The notes beneath the pieces were generated by a model, which saw only the letters and a list, made by a program, of their open reading frames with translations, had not been told where the DNA came from and did not search any database. The translations under genes were made by a program, and so were the position numbers. Shown piece by piece: positions 24,953 through 27,017 of a stretch of DNA of 27,017 nt. The DNA lies in the UHGV virus genome UHGV-0430895; one strand, given 5' to 3'. The DNA is from a virus. The first letter of the stretch is position 1. The number at the start of each line of letters is the position of its first letter.

Positions 24953-25416
24953 TGGGATTCAAAACGGATTCAAAGTGAATCTTGATAGCTAATTCTAATA
25001 CCACATTATGTGGTTTTTCAACACGAAGAAATCACATCAAAAATCTCATTCGGAAAGCGATATGGGTAAACAAACTGGAATACTTTTCTGTCCTAGTAAG
25101 CTCACCCATGTATAAAAATGCTGTAAAATGCGTGGTCCTGTTTTGGGGAAAAGTTTTGGAGAGATTTTGGAGAAAGGAAAAAATTGAATAAATTCAAAAT
25201 CCTGAAAGTGTCCCGCCTTATGAATAAGAAGGCAACAGAAATAGACGATTAGTGTTTTATATTCAAAAGGTTAATAGCAAATTTGGCATGCTTTTTACTG
25301 TCGAGTAAACTGCATGCCTCTATCCATAAAATCAAACAGTTGCAATCTAATTTTGGAGAACGTTTTTTCTTCTCCCTTTTAGTAAATCGCTATAAAAAAC
25401 AACAAATGATATAAAA

Positions 25417-25748
25417 ATGAACAATCCTAATCCATGCATGACGTGTGGTGCCTGTTGTGCATTTTCCGCGTCTCTTTTTACTGGGCTGAAGCAGATGATG
25501 CTGGCGGCACCATCCCCGTAACGATGACAGAACAAATCTCTCCGTACCATCGATGCATGCAGGGCACTAACCAGAAAAATCCTCGCTGTGTGGCCCTGTT
25601 CGGTGAGCCGGGAGTCAATGCCTGCTGCAGCATTTATGAAAATCGCTCATCCACCTGTAGAGAATTTCCGATGTCCGGCGAGAATGGTGTGATTAATGAA
25701 GCATGTAATCGTGCACGGGCGAAATACAGGCTACCCCCACTTTCCTAA
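25417..25748 (+). pseudogene. ykgJ: YkgJ-family (CxxCGxCC Fe/Zn-binding) gene with a -1 frameshift in a T-run
   Basis: Frame A (25417..25521) encodes [16 protein letters not shown] then stops. Frame B (25434..25748) encodes the rest ([15 protein letters not shown]...[16 protein letters not shown]). One extra T in the T4 run at 25462-25465 fuses them into a 110-aa protein. Confidence 0.6.
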
Positions 25749-26037
25749 ACGCGAGCGGTATCACTGTAATGGATGGTTTTCTATGCGAACATTCTAGATG
25801 TCTTAACAACTCACTTATTGTAATCAAGTTTCTTTCTTCTGGTCGGGGAGCATGTTGCTCCCCTTTTTTTATTGCATCATTACGGCAGCCACTGCACAGA
25901 GCGTTACCACCGTACCCAGCCACACAAAAAGCATGAAACACATCGCTCCTGCTGTGTAGCGCTTCTTTACGTATTTCAGATTTGCCTGTTTCATGACAAT
26001 TTACCAGATTGCTCTTCAGTACCGGATAACAATACGG

Positions 26038-26511
26038 CTATGCCCGTCCCACCAGGTGCTTCACACTCCTGTACCTCAGACCATTTTTACCAAGCCCCAG
26101 ATACAGAAAGGTGTTCACCGTCTTCGTGTTTATCCCCATTTCACGCGCAAGATGACACGGCTTTGACTCACGGTACACATAACCAAACATCACCACCATC
26201 TCGGACATCGTCAGAGGACGCGCATACGTGTTCTGCACCCAGTCACCGTTACGGATTTTCCTGTATGCATCCAGACGCCCCGTCATCTCCTCCGCATCCA
26301 GCTGAAGATAACGGCGTCCCTGAAACATACAGCACATCAGCCTGCCAAGCAGCGCATCACAGATAATCACCCATGATTCATCATGCTCCGGTGTGTGCTT
26401 CCTGTTCTCCGGCATAAAAAACTCCCGGGCCAGTATGACACTGTACCCCTCAAGCATCTGTTGCAGGCCATACTCCAGATAACGGTTGCGGGTCGCCAGA
26501 ATCACCTTCAT
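26038..26511 (-). CDS. LuxR/FixJ-type HTH protein (C-terminal HTH, atypical N-terminal domain)
   Basis: C-terminal LTMSEMVVMFGYVYRESKPCHLAREMGINTKTVNTFLYLG fits the LuxR-type HTH pattern. Confidence 0.5.
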   Translation of the reverse strand: MKVILATRNRYLEYGLQQMLEGYSVILAREFFMPENRKHTPEHDESWVIICDALLGRLMCCMFQGRRYLQLDAEEMTGRLDAYRKIRNGDWVQNTYARPLTMSEMVVMFGYVYRESKPCHLAREMGINTKTVNTFLYLGLGKNGLRYRSVKHLVGRA

Positions 26512-26540
26512 CGCATCTCCTCACTGTCTCTGAACACATG

Positions 26541-26576
26541 AAAAAAAACGGCAGGCCAAAATCCCGCGCCTGCCGT
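26541..26576 (-). terminator. Intrinsic terminator downstream of the autotransporter gene
   Basis: 9-bp stem ACGGCAGGC/GCCTGCCGT followed on the minus strand by TTTTTTTT. Confidence 0.6.
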
Positions 26577-26600
26577 CATGCTTCATGTCACTGTCAGCAA

Positions 26601-27017
26601 TTAAAACTCGAAGTTAACGCCCACGTTGTAAGAAACGTCACCGTCGCTTGCTGCAATACCCGCTTTCGCTGCGGTCTGCTCATTGAAACGGTAGCCAACA
26701 CCGACAGCAACGGCCTGTTTGTCACTGTAACCACCCAGGGCTGCCGTGGCGTTGAATTTGCCCACACTGTACGGCTGGAACAGACCGGCAAGTGCCGCAC
26801 TCTGTGCCGCTGCGCGTTTCATCTCTTCGTGGTTTTCACGAATCTGGCGTTGATGGTCATTCAGACGCGCATTGTGCTCCTGCAGCTGGCGGCTGTTTGA
26901 CTGAATCGCTTTTCTGTTGGTTGCAATGTCCTGGCTGTTAGTTCTTACAGATTTATCAAGGTCAACCACCGCTTCATTTACGCGTTTGGTTGTCTGCGTG
27001 TTACGGGCAGTGGTCAG
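26601..27017 (-). CDS. Trimeric autotransporter adhesin, C-terminal YadA-like membrane anchor (partial; 5' end outside window)
   Basis: Reading frame is open to the window edge. Coiled-coil stalk then anchor ...[41 protein letters not shown]...YNVGVNFEF, typical of YadA/Eib-type beta-barrel anchors. Confidence 0.7.
   Translation of the reverse strand: MTTARNTQTTKRVNEAVVDLDKSVRTNSQDIATNRKAIQSNSRQLQEHNARLNDHQRQIRENHEEMKRAAAQSAALAGLFQPYSVGKFNATAALGGYSDKQAVAVGVGYRFNEQTAAKAGIAASDGDVSYNVGVNFEF

Noticed and set aside
1-27017. CRISPR arrays, IS elements or transposase genes
   Set aside because: No regularly spaced direct repeats with unique spacers, no terminal inverted repeats flanking a transposase-like ORF, and no DDE-transposase-like translations were seen.

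Overview
The window reads as the early-regulatory and late/lysis half of an integrated lambdoid prophage of Enterobacteriaceae (E. coli-like), followed by about 2.8 kb of flanking DNA. All calls are from reading the sequence and recalled family signatures; no searches were run. On the minus strand, running from high to low coordinates: Cro-like regulator, YdaT-like protein, O-like initiator with ori iterons, DnaC-like helicase loader, four hypotheticals, a hokD-type toxin, a YgiW-family OB-fold protein, a DUF968 protein, RusA, a putative Q antiterminator, late-promoter terminators, an orphan DNA methyltransferase, three tRNAs, a moron cluster (small paralog, 68-aa protein, TerB-like protein, coupled small membrane ORF), NanS-p esterase, then an S21-type pinholin, SAR endolysin, KilA-C antirepressor, Rz/Rz1, a second small paralog, a TonB-C-terminal-domain lipoprotein and an HNH endonuclease. 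On the plus strand: a DicA-like repressor with a leaderless-type promoter, a ParD/ParE-like toxin-antitoxin pair, a ydfA-like peptide, a DicF-like sRNA, DicB, YdfD-like protein, an 829-aa protein with a DEDDh exonuclease domain, Xis and Int. The layout matches Stx-converting phages (Q, tRNAs, stx slot, nanS-p, S/R/Rz) but no stx genes are present. The most interesting candidates for undescribed biology are the ParDE-like pair in the rexAB-equivalent position, the TerB-like moron cluster at the stx slot, the TonB-mimic lipoprotein, and several coupled small membrane ORFs below the ORF-track cutoff. Beyond int lie a DUF2335 membrane protein, a frameshifted ykgJ-like gene, a LuxR-type regulator and the 3' end of a YadA-like trimeric autotransporter.
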